Shown: positions 40,459 to 50,863 of the stretch, in pieces | Position numbering within the stretch: the stretch's first letter is position 1 | Layout: the number at the start of each line of letters is the position of its first letter | NCBI GenBank assembly: GCA_965205975.1 | Contig: OZ242195.1 | Coordinates: 1,920,001 to 1,984,000 of the forward strand | Length of the DNA: 64,000 nucleotides | Reading direction: 5' to 3' | Origin: Candidatus Latescibacterota bacterium | GTDB taxonomy: Bacteria; Latescibacterota; UBA2968 | Position numbers and translations under genes: made by a program | Notes under the pieces: generated by a model | The model's input: only the letters and a program-made list of their open reading frames with translations | Databases searched by the model: none | Told to the model about the DNA's origin: nothing

Positions 40459-41421
40459 TCAAAACGACCCACTAACAGCAATGCGCAACGGCGGATCGAA
40501 ATACGCGCCGCCATCGCTATACGACAGATCCACGCGGATATCGCGCCCGCCAAAATCGTACTTCAGGCCAGCGCCCAAACTGTAATCCTCCACGTCGTAG
40601 TTGACCTTATATCCACCGCGCAATGCGAGCATATTGGAAATCCAAAGCTCACCGCCAAAATTCCACCGCTGACCGTAATCAGTAGCCATAATGGTCTCGG
40701 CCGCAAGCGTCAAATACGTCGGGTCGCCTTGCTCGCCATAGACCTCACCTGCCAGCCCAAAATTGAAATTGATCGGCGGTGAAAACTGCTCGGTCTCCAC
40801 AGTAATCTCAGTACCCACATTGCGCGCGGCGGCAGCAATGCGCAAACTGCGATAGCCCGTATATGCCGAAATGCCCAGATCAAACTGAAAGGTACTCGTC
40901 GTTTTGAGCACCAGGTCTTCCTGCACCCACCGCGCCTGCACGCCCCAGGACACTTTATCGGTCATCTGACGCGCAAACATAAATCCAATGGCCGTATCGC
41001 CGCCCTGGATCATGCGCCCGGTACCTGTGGCCTGAAAAATCGTCGTTTCCTCCACCTCTTCGGGCACAAAGCTCACAATTGAAACGCCAAACGTATTGCC
41101 GCCCCATTTGTAAGCCAACGCCCCCGAATACAATCCCGAATTGACCAGCCAGCGCGTGTAGGACAGCGCGTATTCACCGCCCGAAACAAATCCCAATGCG
41201 CCGGGATTGTAAAAAGACGCATCAATACCGCCGTTCATAGCGACAAAGGCTTCGCCCATAGCCACGGCACGGGGCGACGCACCGATTTTGAGAAATGCCA
41301 GCGACGACTGGCCCTTCACCGGCAAAATCGTACCGTATTCGCCAAAATCCGACTGTGCAAAGGCCGGTCCTGTCATCAGCCCGACCCCTATAATCAGCAC
41401 CAGTAATATTCGTTTGTTCAT
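40459..41421 (-). CDS. PorV/PorQ family outer-membrane beta-barrel
   Basis: Signal peptide, FLKIGASPRAVAMGEA, YNPGAL, LALRGGY, terminal F. Confidence 0.85.
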   Translation of the reverse strand: MNKRILLVLIIGVGLMTGPAFAQSDFGEYGTILPVKGQSSLAFLKIGASPRAVAMGEAFVAMNGGIDASFYNPGALGFVSGGEYALSYTRWLVNSGLYSGALAYKWGGNTFGVSIVSFVPEEVEETTIFQATGTGRMIQGGDTAIGFMFARQMTDKVSWGVQARWVQEDLVLKTTSTFQFDLGISAYTGYRSLRIAAAARNVGTEITVETEQFSPPINFNFGLAGEVYGEQGDPTYLTLAAETIMATDYGQRWNFGGELWISNMLALRGGYKVNYDVEDYSLGAGLKYDFGGRDIRVDLSYSDGGAYFDPPLRIAVSGSF

Positions 41422-41431
41422 GTTGGGCTCC

Positions 41432-43807
41432 CTATCTCAAAATGTAAAACGTCCCCGTCACCGTTTGCCCCATACTTTCGGGCGTCAGCGATTCAACGAC
41501 GTAAAAATAAATTCCGCTGGCCACATCCGGTGCAGTCACATTGCGTTCAATTTGAAACCACGATGCCTCGCCTGAACTGGCATCGTCGTGCAGGATTTCA
41601 CCCACAATATCGCCCGCCACATTGAAGATCAACACGCGGCTTTTGGGGGGCAATCCCAGAAAGCGGATCTTTTTTGAACTCTGATAATTATAAGCCGATT
41701 CCGACAAACTGAACGGATTGGGCACCACGCGCACGCGCTTCTCCGGCCAGGACGGTGCCAGCCCCGGCTGAAACGGACTGAGATCCAGATTCACGCGCTG
41801 CTCGGGGGCAGAATATCCACCTTCGAGTCCAGACTGTAAATGCCCCTGTACTTCTGCGGGCAAATCCCCCATGCTCGACATGCCATTGCTCCATGAACTG
41901 CGCGGTTTGGCAAAAGCCCGCACATTGTAAAAGTATCGGAAACCGGCAACTGCTGTATTATCGCGCCACACGTATTGACCGCCCGAATAGTCCCAGGTCG
42001 ATCCGGAGGTACCTGCAGTGACTGTACCGACGTGTTCCCAGGGACCAAATTCCTGATACGCGGATCGGAACACGCGATATCCCACCACATCGGCGTCGCC
42101 AAAATCGGGATGCACCGACGATTCGGCGGCGGCGTCCCAGGTCAATGTAATCTCTGCATCCTGATTCACCCCAGGCGAAAACTTCACATCGGGTGGATAA
42201 TCGGGCAGATCGTACATATTGTCGTACGCGAATTGTGCGGCCTTCAAATGCGCCACAAGAGCAGCTTCTCCCTTGCTCAACCGCGCCAATCGTTCTTCTA
42301 CGGGCAGTGGAATGTCTTTCATACAAAATGCCTGCACATCCACTGCATAAGCCGACTGACCTTCTCGGGATATCGCCTGCGCGCCTGTCCCGGCGACATA
42401 AGCCACCACGATCTTGGCCTTCTCGCCCACAGCCAGATTATACGGCCCAAAAGTGAGTGCATTGGCCATCGCATTGACAATGGTTGGATTGTCATCGGTT
42501 GTTCCCGAAAACGTTTCGTAAATGCCCTGCTCAGAATCGCTCTGCAAATTTGGCAAATCCGTGTTCAAACCCCAGAAATCGCGCGTTTCCCACCACTTTG
42601 ACGTCCTGGGTTGTTCACCTTGCGGATTGACGTATTTGCCCTGATCATTGACATTGAACACATGCGACGGTCCACTATCTCGATAAGCCAATGGTGCAAC
42701 GCCCACGTACTGCGGCGATCTCATTTGCCCGTCGAATACGCCCCCCGGCAACCTCTTCGCATTGCCGTGTACGCTTTCAATATAAACGGGCTGCCCAGTG
42801 TCCTCTTCCGCACGCTGGATACTGTCGCCATCCCATTGATAGTTCATCTTCAAATCGACGTACTCAGCAGGTCCGTCGTAATTTGGCGCACCCGTATAGC
42901 GATATTGATCGTCTTGCGGCTCAAAAGATCCGGGCATGCCAGATCCGATGCTATTCCAATTGCCCTCGCCCGACATGCTCACCGTAAAACCCTGAACAAA
43001 TGCAAAATACGCACCGGTCAGGTTGTGTCCAGCACCGCCGTTCACATCGGCCACACCATCACCATCGGAGTCACCCGTGTTCTCAAATTCCACTTCCAAA
43101 ATGAAGAAATCGTCAAACCCCTGATAACTCCAGGCCATGGCTTTGCGCGTGATGGTAACACCGTGCCTGGTCGTCCACCTGCTAAAAACGATATCTTCTG
43201 CGCGGTCGTCCTTATCGGCGTCCATGTACTGGCCCCACCGATGATTGAGGACCTCATAGGGCACGCCCGTTCTCGGCGCGTCGGTTTGCAATACAGCACC
43301 GGGATACCAGTTGGGCATAATTGCTCCCGCACCCAAGCCATGAGGCGGCACATCAACTTGATATCCCCAATTGGCTTCGGGACTGTTGGCGATATCGTAA
43401 TACATCGGCGCGATATCTGCCGAAGGCGTCCACGGTCCCGAATACGACACGCCGTATTCGCCGCCAACATTGGTCAACACCCATATACCTTCTCCCGCCG
43501 ACAAATTCTGTGCCTCATTTTTTTGCTCGGCCCAGCTAAAACCGTTCTTTTTGCCGAAATACTCAATGTAGTCCGCGCCAGCCATATTGAGCATAAGGCC
43601 ATTGCCCATGCCCGGATACGTCAAGCGCGGCGCGCCGCGAGAACTTCGGTCGTCCCAGACGCCGCCCTGAGTACCTTCATTGCGAAATCCGGTCCAAAGC
43701 TGCCCGCGGGTGAGTTGCCGCATATTCTGCGTGTCCAGGGAATAGACCTCAAACGCCCACCCCACAACCACTATCATCAGGACAGCAGCGAGAAATTTCC
43801 TGTTCAT
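41432..43807 (-). CDS. Exported protein with FN3-like domain and T9SS-type C-terminal sorting domain
   Basis: Signal peptide; DSDGDGVAD Ca-binding-like loop; ITLTWD..GYRVFRS..YFYNVRAF; VVPNPF..IRFLGLP..IFNVAGD..VASGIYFY. Confidence 0.75.
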   Translation of the reverse strand: MNRKFLAAVLMIVVVGWAFEVYSLDTQNMRQLTRGQLWTGFRNEGTQGGVWDDRSSRGAPRLTYPGMGNGLMLNMAGADYIEYFGKKNGFSWAEQKNEAQNLSAGEGIWVLTNVGGEYGVSYSGPWTPSADIAPMYYDIANSPEANWGYQVDVPPHGLGAGAIMPNWYPGAVLQTDAPRTGVPYEVLNHRWGQYMDADKDDRAEDIVFSRWTTRHGVTITRKAMAWSYQGFDDFFILEVEFENTGDSDGDGVADVNGGAGHNLTGAYFAFVQGFTVSMSGEGNWNSIGSGMPGSFEPQDDQYRYTGAPNYDGPAEYVDLKMNYQWDGDSIQRAEEDTGQPVYIESVHGNAKRLPGGVFDGQMRSPQYVGVAPLAYRDSGPSHVFNVNDQGKYVNPQGEQPRTSKWWETRDFWGLNTDLPNLQSDSEQGIYETFSGTTDDNPTIVNAMANALTFGPYNLAVGEKAKIVVAYVAGTGAQAISREGQSAYAVDVQAFCMKDIPLPVEERLARLSKGEAALVAHLKAAQFAYDNMYDLPDYPPDVKFSPGVNQDAEITLTWDAAAESSVHPDFGDADVVGYRVFRSAYQEFGPWEHVGTVTAGTSGSTWDYSGGQYVWRDNTAVAGFRYFYNVRAFAKPRSSWSNGMSSMGDLPAEVQGHLQSGLEGGYSAPEQRVNLDLSPFQPGLAPSWPEKRVRVVPNPFSLSESAYNYQSSKKIRFLGLPPKSRVLIFNVAGDIVGEILHDDASSGEASWFQIERNVTAPDVASGIYFYVVESLTPESMGQTVTGTFYILR

Positions 43808-43825
43808 ATCACTATCCTCCAATTT

Positions 43826-46800
43826 TCAAAACTGAATTTCCAGACCGATTTCCAATTCGCGCGGCTGGTACCTGTAGCGCGTGGCTTCGTTTGGATCACC
43901 ATAAAGCAAATACTCGGTATCATCTGGCGGGGGTAGCCGCAGCCCGTACTGTATATACGTGAAATCAGAATTTCGGCTCTCCGTACTCTTTTCATTGAAC
44001 AAATTGCTCACCTCCACAAATAACGTGGGGCGCAAATTGCCAATGGCTCGAAAATCTTTGGCTGCGTACAGATCCGTCTTCATCACCGGTGTTCCGGTGC
44101 GAAATTCGCGCGGGCCAACCGGGGGAACGTACTCAAACGGCGCGCCGCTGAAAATGCGGTAGATCATGCTCACGCGCAGACCGCCAAACGGATTTATCGC
44201 ACCCATTTTGGGACCATAAGCCATCGGCGTGGCATAATACAACTGAAGCGACAACTGATTCCTGCGTTGTCCACTGGTAGGCTCAGCAGAAAAAACCTGC
44301 CCATTTGAAGCTGTCCAGATACCGTTCTCATTGGTTTTAATAGGCGGCTGCCACGGACCAGCACCCGGTCCCTGTGCCCCGGCCTGCTCGGTCCACGACA
44401 CGATATTTGCCTCGGCTTTCGCGCTGATGTCAGCCACTTGCTCAGACGTAAGCGGCACGGGCCTTTCCGAACCATCGGATTGCACTTCCCAATCGGTCCA
44501 ATAATGTCCAGCACTAATAAAATCGGCATCGGGAAGTACATACCAGTTTGCCGAATGTTTGCCGTAGTGAATGCCGCCCGGATCGCGCACCCATTCGGCA
44601 TTGTAGGACAGATTGAACTGGAAATTATTGCTAAACGTCTTTTTTAGCGACAATTCGAGACCGCGCGCTGTTTGCCAATAGGTATTGCGTATGGCGTTAA
44701 CCTGTGAGGATTGACCAGTGAGGGGATCTACCCAATAAGAAATATTGTTGCTGGCGTACAACCCCTCGTCGCGCCGATAGTGCGCTGTAATACTGGCCGT
44801 ATAATCGGCCACAAAATTCCAATCCACCCCTATTTCCATACTCGTCGTACGCTGGGGTTTCATGCCATCGGATGGCTGCCGCGCTGTGGTATGTACTTCC
44901 ATAGCATTCCACTTTTCGGTCTCATCGATCATGCCATTCCCATTGAGATCGTTATCTGGCGCCTCGCTTGAAAACTGCCTGCGATGGGTTTCGAGAAGCA
45001 CGGGAAAGACATTCGACCGACCGATAAAATAGTGCGCCGCCAGGCGGTCTGTAATCGGATGTGACAGACCCACGCGCGGACTCAATGCCGTCATCGTTGG
45101 CGTCGAACTATCGAGATGATCCATTTCATACCGCGCCCGCGTAAACGTGCTGTACATCGGCGATTTGCCCAGTGCCTCTCCCATTGAGCCATTGCGCCCA
45201 AAATTGTAATAATCCCAGCGCAAACCCAGGTTGGCAACCAGACCCCCGTACTCGATCTTATCCTGCACATACAGATTCAGCGTCCACGGTTTCACATTTT
45301 TGCCCAACTCAAAACCATCGGCCACAAACTCGAGAAAGCGGCTCTTGGTATTGGCAAAATTTTCGTGCGTGCGGTGATACGCCCGCTGCGTGAGCACCAA
45401 TCCCGTCTGAATCAAGTGCGATCGATTGACCTGGCTCACAAAATCGTATTTAATGCCGTATTTTATATCTTCTTCTTCGGTGTATTGGCGCAACAGCGTG
45501 GGCAAATTGAAAAAACCCGCCTTATCTTTCCGCAAGGCTTCGGTAGCATCCGGCACATCGAACGTATCGCGATCGTACTTGTTATAGAAAAACTTCAGAT
45601 CGTAATACGTATTTTTGCCCAATGTATGCGTCAGCGTCAATATCTGAAGTTGCCGGGACAATGTATAAGTGCCCGAAGCTGAAAAATCTTCGGGAAAGAA
45701 AATATTTTGTGCATTATTGCGCGTCGATCCCTGAAACTGATCCGACCGTTGATACATCCCCAGTGCTTTAACCTTGATATCTGCACCGGGCCGATACGTC
45801 AATGTCGCCTGCATTCGCGGCGGATCGTCCGACACCTGTTCAGCCGCCGGAAACCTGGCTGGGCTGCGCGCATAACTCAAACTGGCAAAAAACGAAAAAT
45901 CGCGTGCGAGCGGTCCACCCAGTGTACCTTCCAGACGGTGTCCGATATTATCCGTATAATCAACGCGCTCGTGCGCCATGCGCTCGACATCATCAGACGT
46001 CCCCAGGGTGCGATCCGGTCCCGGATCCATATATGTTTCGTTCACCCAATCGGGATTGTCCCACTGCACATTGTCTTCAAATCCGGGGCTTTCATAAACA
46101 TCTCGACCCCAGTGTTTTTTCCCCGAAGGCGTGAACTTATACTCCACCCGTCCAGAGAAATCGCCCCGGCCCTCTCTTGTCACCAGACTCACAATGCCAG
46201 CACCCGCATTGCCAAATTCCGCATTCATACCCCCGGTCAGCACACTCAATTCCTGAATAGCCGTGGTATTCACGCCTGTGAGCAAGCTTCTATCGACCTC
46301 AATCCCATCGATATAATAGCCCACCTGCGTACCCGTTTGCGCCCGCGTCGTGCTTCCGCGAATGCGGTTGGTGCCATCCAGCGCCATCCCCGGTTGCAAC
46401 GCGATCAATTGCGATGTCGATCTCACCTGTGGCACAGCCTGAATATCTGCCGAAGAAACCACATATTTGCTCGTGGTTTTATCTGGCTCCACAGGCGGAC
46501 GCTCCGCAACAACAATTAGTTCAGCCAATTCCAGACTGGCCTCTTTCAGTGCAAAATTCACCGTAGATGTATAATCCACAATCACCTGCACGGCCTCTTT
46601 CTTTTCTGTGCCATAGCCTACCATCGTCGCCGTAAGGGTGTACATTCCGGGATCTACAGCCAGAATTAAATAGCGGCCCTCGGCATCGGTAGTAGCTCCT
46701 TTGCGGGTCCCTTCGAGCGCCACATTGGCCCCCGGCAAAGACTCACCCGTGGCGGCATCTGTGATGACACCCGTGATTTTACCCGCTGTTGTCGCCATGG

Positions 46801-46852
46801 CCGATGTACCCATCAGCAACAACAAAATAAATCCCAATATTAACCGCTTCAT
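43826..46852 (-). CDS. TonB-dependent receptor
   Basis: Signal peptide, GKITGVITDAATGESLPGANV N-domain, plug (GGMNAEFG..GIVSLVTR), LSPRVGLSHP, terminal EIQF. Confidence 0.92.
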   Translation of the reverse strand: MKRLILGFILLLLMGTSAMATTAGKITGVITDAATGESLPGANVALEGTRKGATTDAEGRYLILAVDPGMYTLTATMVGYGTEKKEAVQVIVDYTSTVNFALKEASLELAELIVVAERPPVEPDKTTSKYVVSSADIQAVPQVRSTSQLIALQPGMALDGTNRIRGSTTRAQTGTQVGYYIDGIEVDRSLLTGVNTTAIQELSVLTGGMNAEFGNAGAGIVSLVTREGRGDFSGRVEYKFTPSGKKHWGRDVYESPGFEDNVQWDNPDWVNETYMDPGPDRTLGTSDDVERMAHERVDYTDNIGHRLEGTLGGPLARDFSFFASLSYARSPARFPAAEQVSDDPPRMQATLTYRPGADIKVKALGMYQRSDQFQGSTRNNAQNIFFPEDFSASGTYTLSRQLQILTLTHTLGKNTYYDLKFFYNKYDRDTFDVPDATEALRKDKAGFFNLPTLLRQYTEEEDIKYGIKYDFVSQVNRSHLIQTGLVLTQRAYHRTHENFANTKSRFLEFVADGFELGKNVKPWTLNLYVQDKIEYGGLVANLGLRWDYYNFGRNGSMGEALGKSPMYSTFTRARYEMDHLDSSTPTMTALSPRVGLSHPITDRLAAHYFIGRSNVFPVLLETHRRQFSSEAPDNDLNGNGMIDETEKWNAMEVHTTARQPSDGMKPQRTTSMEIGVDWNFVADYTASITAHYRRDEGLYASNNISYWVDPLTGQSSQVNAIRNTYWQTARGLELSLKKTFSNNFQFNLSYNAEWVRDPGGIHYGKHSANWYVLPDADFISAGHYWTDWEVQSDGSERPVPLTSEQVADISAKAEANIVSWTEQAGAQGPGAGPWQPPIKTNENGIWTASNGQVFSAEPTSGQRRNQLSLQLYYATPMAYGPKMGAINPFGGLRVSMIYRIFSGAPFEYVPPVGPREFRTGTPVMKTDLYAAKDFRAIGNLRPTLFVEVSNLFNEKSTESRNSDFTYIQYGLRLPPPDDTEYLLYGDPNEATRYRYQPRELEIGLEIQF

Positions 46853-46872
46853 AACCCTCTCCTCTTTGAGAT

Positions 46873-47565
46873 CTACCAGTATAATTTGAACGCCGTCCTG
46901 AAATCGAACATTGCAATGGGAAATACCCCGGGCAGATTCCACGCCTCCATAGGACGCAAATCACCCAAAATCATGTGATAACGCCCGCGAATATCCAGCC
47001 CGAATCGCCCCTGCACCACCGTCATTCCCAACCCAAAATTCGCCCCCAGAGCCGTATGTTCATCCTCTCGATCATCCAGCATCAAATCCGCGTTCAAAGG
47101 CTCTTCTTTTTGCCCCGGATAAATCAGACCAGTGATCCGATCCTGATAATCGTAGAACCCAGCCCCAACAGCGATATAGGGCAAAAGCTGCAAATCGCTG
47201 CCGGACTTGCGGGTATTCAGATACGCCAGCGCATTGATCAAAAAGCTATTGAGGTTAAACCGAGAATTGGCATCTGGACTCAAATATTTTTGCTTGTCAA
47301 TGGGCCAGGTAAATGCCAGACCTTCGATCTTTCCGTCATCCATTGTCAGGTGATGGTATTCAAACTCCATCGTAGCGCGCGAACTGATCTGATAATCCAG
47401 CATCGCACCATATACCTGAGAAGCCGAATACCTATCGTGAAATCCCAGCACGGGCACGCTGCGGTTAAAAAACACGCCAGCGCCGTATCGAGCCTCCTGG
47501 GCAGAAACCGGCACCGCGATCAACAATGCCAGCAGCCATGCGTTCAACATCAAATATCTATTCAT
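46873..47565 (-). CDS. Small outer-membrane beta-barrel protein
   Basis: RBS AAAGGAGG, signal peptide, PYIAVGAGFY, LGANFGLG, terminal aromatic W. Confidence 0.75.
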   Translation of the reverse strand: MNRYLMLNAWLLALLIAVPVSAQEARYGAGVFFNRSVPVLGFHDRYSASQVYGAMLDYQISSRATMEFEYHHLTMDDGKIEGLAFTWPIDKQKYLSPDANSRFNLNSFLINALAYLNTRKSGSDLQLLPYIAVGAGFYDYQDRITGLIYPGQKEEPLNADLMLDDREDEHTALGANFGLGMTVVQGRFGLDIRGRYHMILGDLRPMEAWNLPGVFPIAMFDFRTAFKLYW

Positions 47566-47662
47566 AGATATGCCTCCTTTAACAGTCAACGGTTGTATAA
47601 CATTCCACACCTCATAGCATATTGCCTCCTTTCCAGGGAGCACAACGGGTTATTTCTTTCGC

Positions 47663-48433
47663 TCAAACCCCCAGCTTTTTGATAAACGCCAGATTCTTCG
47701 CGTGATCGGCATTTGGATCATCGCCCGAAGGTGTCTCCAGAACAATATACCCATCGTAACCGATCTCGCGCATCGCCGCATCTACCGAATCAAAATCCAC
47801 GCGCCCATCCCCCAACGCCTGTCGGTCCGTATCCTTGGCGTGAATCATCCCGACACCCTCACTTCCCAGCTTCAAAATTTCCTCAGCCGGATCCTGTCCT
47901 CGCGTCATCGTATTGCCCGTATCGTGATAGACCTTCACCGCACGAGAACCCACGCGGTCCAAAATCATCGCCAGTTGATCCGCGCTAAAGGTCGTCTCCA
48001 GATCTAAAATCACGCCGTGTTCTTCCGCAATATCGCCCAGTGCTTTGAACCCATCCACCAGTTGGTCCCACGTCGCATCCGGCCACGCATCCATATCTCT
48101 CGGAAACATCGGCACCAGAATATGCCGCGTATCAACTGCTGCACACGCCCCAATCACATGCGTTAAAATCTCAACGCCCTCGGCGCACTTTTCCGCTTCT
48201 GGCAATGCGGGATGAAATTGTGAAAATACCCCCGGCGACAGTGAAGAAATCTCAACACCTGCCGCATCTGCCAAACCCTTCAGCTTCTCTGCCCCACCAT
48301 CCTCCCACAAAATATTCTCCCCATAGTCTCGCCCAACACAAAATTCCACCCCATCAAATCCAATATCCTTCGCCACTGAAAATACCGCTTCCAGTGGTGC
48401 TTTTAACATATTATCTCGAATACCGTATTTCAC
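47663..48433 (-). CDS. Sugar phosphate isomerase/epimerase (xylose-isomerase-like TIM barrel)
   Basis: GFDGVE, LET, DTGN, IHAKD, GYDGYIVLE. Confidence 0.9.
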   Translation of the reverse strand: MKYGIRDNMLKAPLEAVFSVAKDIGFDGVEFCVGRDYGENILWEDGGAEKLKGLADAAGVEISSLSPGVFSQFHPALPEAEKCAEGVEILTHVIGACAAVDTRHILVPMFPRDMDAWPDATWDQLVDGFKALGDIAEEHGVILDLETTFSADQLAMILDRVGSRAVKVYHDTGNTMTRGQDPAEEILKLGSEGVGMIHAKDTDRQALGDGRVDFDSVDAAMREIGYDGYIVLETPSGDDPNADHAKNLAFIKKLGV

Positions 48434-48478
48434 AATAGATCTCCTTTATCGTTTAGCGGAAGAACCCTTGAAACGCTG

Positions 48479-49594
48479 TCAACAGAAGATTTCGTCTCCA
48501 ATATCTAATTGCGGCAACACCGCACCCAACACCTTCGCAAAGGCTTGCCGCTCGGCGGATGGCCCCACGGTCACGCGAATGCAGCGGTCGAGCGGAGCCA
48601 CGCCCGGCATCCGCACGAAGACCCCGTGCTGCAAAAGCATCTGCATCAGCCGCCGCGCTCGCGCGCCACTACCCACGTCGAGGGCCACAAAATTAGTCGC
48701 CGAAGGCACCGTTTGCAACCCCAATTCCGCCGCCAGCACCGCGTATTCCCGTCGGCCTTCCTCTACTTGCCGCACCACCGAGCGCACGAACGCATCGTCG
48801 CCCAGCGAAGCAAGTGCCCCGGCCTGGGCGATGCGATTGACGCCAAAGTGATTGCGCACCTTGTCGAGCGCGGCCACCACATCGCGGTGTGCCAGCGCAT
48901 AGCCGACCCGGGCCCCAGCCATGCCGTGCGCCTTGGAAAACGTCCGCAACCGCACCACCTGTGCCCGTTCCACTTCCAGCGGCAACAGGGCATCCTCCGG
49001 CGCGAAGTCGATATACGCCTCGTCGAGCAGCAACACACAATCCGGCGGCAACCCCGCGATAAAATCCCGCAACTCGTCGGCTCGCTGATAGGTGCCCATG
49101 GGGTTGTCGGGATTGGCCACGTAGATCAGCCTGGGGCGCACTTGCCTCGCCTTGTCCAACAGGGCTGGCAAGTCCTCCCGATCCGCGCGATAGGGCACCT
49201 TGTGCAACACCGCCCCGTGCCCCTCGACGTGGTAGTTAAACGTGGGATAGGCCCCCAGCGACGTCACCACTGCGTCACCCGGCTCGGCAAAAAGGCGCAC
49301 CAAAAGCCCCAACAGTTCGTCAATCCCCGCACCCAGGACGACCTCTTCCCGCGCCACCCCGTGCCGCACCGCCAACGCCGAGCGCAGCTCGTATCCCTCT
49401 GGATCGTTGTACCAATGCACTTGCTCCACCGCCTCTACCATGGCCTGCCGCGCCCGCGGCGAGATACCAAAATTACTCTCGTTAGCCCCAACTCGCAGGG
49501 CGAGCGGCTGCCCTTGCTCCCGCTCCAATGCCTCGGGCGGCACAAAGGGAACGGTCGCTGGCAGGGCGCGGACGATGTGCGTAAACGGCAACAC
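48479..49594 (-). CDS. Histidinol-phosphate aminotransferase-like PLP enzyme (class I/II)
   Basis: ANE, GAGIDELL, NPDNPMG, DEAY, RTFSKAHGMAGARVGY. Confidence 0.88.
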   Translation of the reverse strand: MLPFTHIVRALPATVPFVPPEALEREQGQPLALRVGANESNFGISPRARQAMVEAVEQVHWYNDPEGYELRSALAVRHGVAREEVVLGAGIDELLGLLVRLFAEPGDAVVTSLGAYPTFNYHVEGHGAVLHKVPYRADREDLPALLDKARQVRPRLIYVANPDNPMGTYQRADELRDFIAGLPPDCVLLLDEAYIDFAPEDALLPLEVERAQVVRLRTFSKAHGMAGARVGYALAHRDVVAALDKVRNHFGVNRIAQAGALASLGDDAFVRSVVRQVEEGRREYAVLAAELGLQTVPSATNFVALDVGSGARARRLMQMLLQHGVFVRMPGVAPLDRCIRVTVGPSAERQAFAKVLGAVLPQLDIGDEIFC

Positions 49595-49597
49595 GGG

Positions 49598-50416
49598 TTA
49601 AGACCACACGTAGATTTCGTCGTCGTCTTCGGCATAGCCAATGAAGACGGCGAGCACCACCCGCGGATCGTCTCCCTGCACCGCAGGGACCTCGTGGATG
49701 CAGCGCGTATTGAAGAAATACAAATCGCCCGGGTCGAGCGCGACCTCGCAGTGCGCCACGCCATGCGCGGCCGCATATTCGTGAAAACGGCCCTCGGCGA
49801 TATACGGCTGTATCTCCTCGGTCCACAGACAGCGATGCAACACAGCCTGCACCCCAGGCCCTGCGGAATCCGCGTTCTGCACGCACAGCACACCCGCAAA
49901 TTGGTGGGTAAAGCGCGCCACCTCGTAGTTGAACCGCTTTTCGCGCAGAACGACGTGGTCGATGTGCGGACTATAGGCGTGGGTCTCGTAGTGGATGCGA
50001 AAGATGGCCGGGCCGTACAAGCGCCCGTCGCGCTCGCGCGCCGTCTTAACCTCCCTATTGGAAACCAACGCCTGCAAGTGCCGATAGAGCAGTTCCACCG
50101 GGTCGAGCAAACCCGCAAAAAGGGTAGCAAAAAGTGCGTGCGTCTCCTCCGCATCTGCCAAGAACGCCTCTTGGTCGCCGCCCAGGTTGCCGAGGCTGGT
50201 GCCAATGTCTATGCGCGTGCGCTCGTCGCCCGCAGCGCGCAGCAACCCGCGCTCGGCAAAGCGTTCCATCAGCCGCTGGCAATCGGCTGGCGTACAGACC
50301 TGGGGCAACAGAATCGCCGGTATCTCTGCCCGAGCCAAGGCGCCGAGCGGATCGGCGCACGCGTCCGGCCCCACGGGCCGCCAAGCGGCTCTTGTGTGAC
50401 CCTGTGGATACTTCAA
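49598..50416 (-). CDS. Putative Fe(II)/2-oxoglutarate oxygenase
   Basis: HID...PGDLYFF..IHEVP..RVV facial-triad and Arg pattern. Confidence 0.7.
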   Translation of the reverse strand: MKYPQGHTRAAWRPVGPDACADPLGALARAEIPAILLPQVCTPADCQRLMERFAERGLLRAAGDERTRIDIGTSLGNLGGDQEAFLADAEETHALFATLFAGLLDPVELLYRHLQALVSNREVKTARERDGRLYGPAIFRIHYETHAYSPHIDHVVLREKRFNYEVARFTHQFAGVLCVQNADSAGPGVQAVLHRCLWTEEIQPYIAEGRFHEYAAAHGVAHCEVALDPGDLYFFNTRCIHEVPAVQGDDPRVVLAVFIGYAEDDDEIYVWS

Positions 50417-50579
50417 TGCGGATCCTTAGTATTGCTTGATAATACATGAAGGAGGTTAAATTTTTCAAATAATTTACAACATGATATCCAAGTCCGCCAG
50501 CGATTGTTTACTGTGGGATTTATGAGAAAGTGCCTTCTGATATCTCAGAAGCAATCGAACAGGCAGAAGTGGTTCTATT

Positions 50580-50695
50580 GTCCTGCCCCAAAACAGGTTG
50601 ACAGAACAATGATAATATGATTTTTTTTGTTATCACTAATCAAGCGAGAAGGGCAGTCCTGCCCCAAAACAAGTTGACTAAACAACGATAATATC
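50580..50695 (+). repeat. Two ~38-bp direct repeats containing TTGAC and an AACGATA-A-TATCGTT palindrome
   Basis: GTCCTGCCCCAAAACAGGTTGACAGAACAATGATAATAT and GTCCTGCCCCAAAACAAGTTGACTAAACAACGATAATAT. Confidence 0.8.
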
Positions 50696-50863
50696 GTTAG
50701 TAAATACTAACCGTTTTGACCTTATGGTCTAGCGCAGCGATATGACGGCCTCCTGGCTTATTCGGCGCTACAGGCGCGAGTTTATCGAGTGTCATAACAA
50801 GACAGGGTGGTCGAGCTGACTTTGCCGCTGGTCACACATGCTAACTGAGAGGATGAGCGGTTC

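Noticed and set aside
38788..43936. Long plus-strand ORFs (467 aa, 441 aa) and similar ones at 53466, 56603, 62218
   Set aside because: Antisense to well-supported genes; R/H/P-rich composition typical of shadow frames.
48509..50449. 646-aa plus-strand ORF
   Set aside because: Antisense shadow of two motif-bearing genes in GC-rich DNA; no recognisable motifs.
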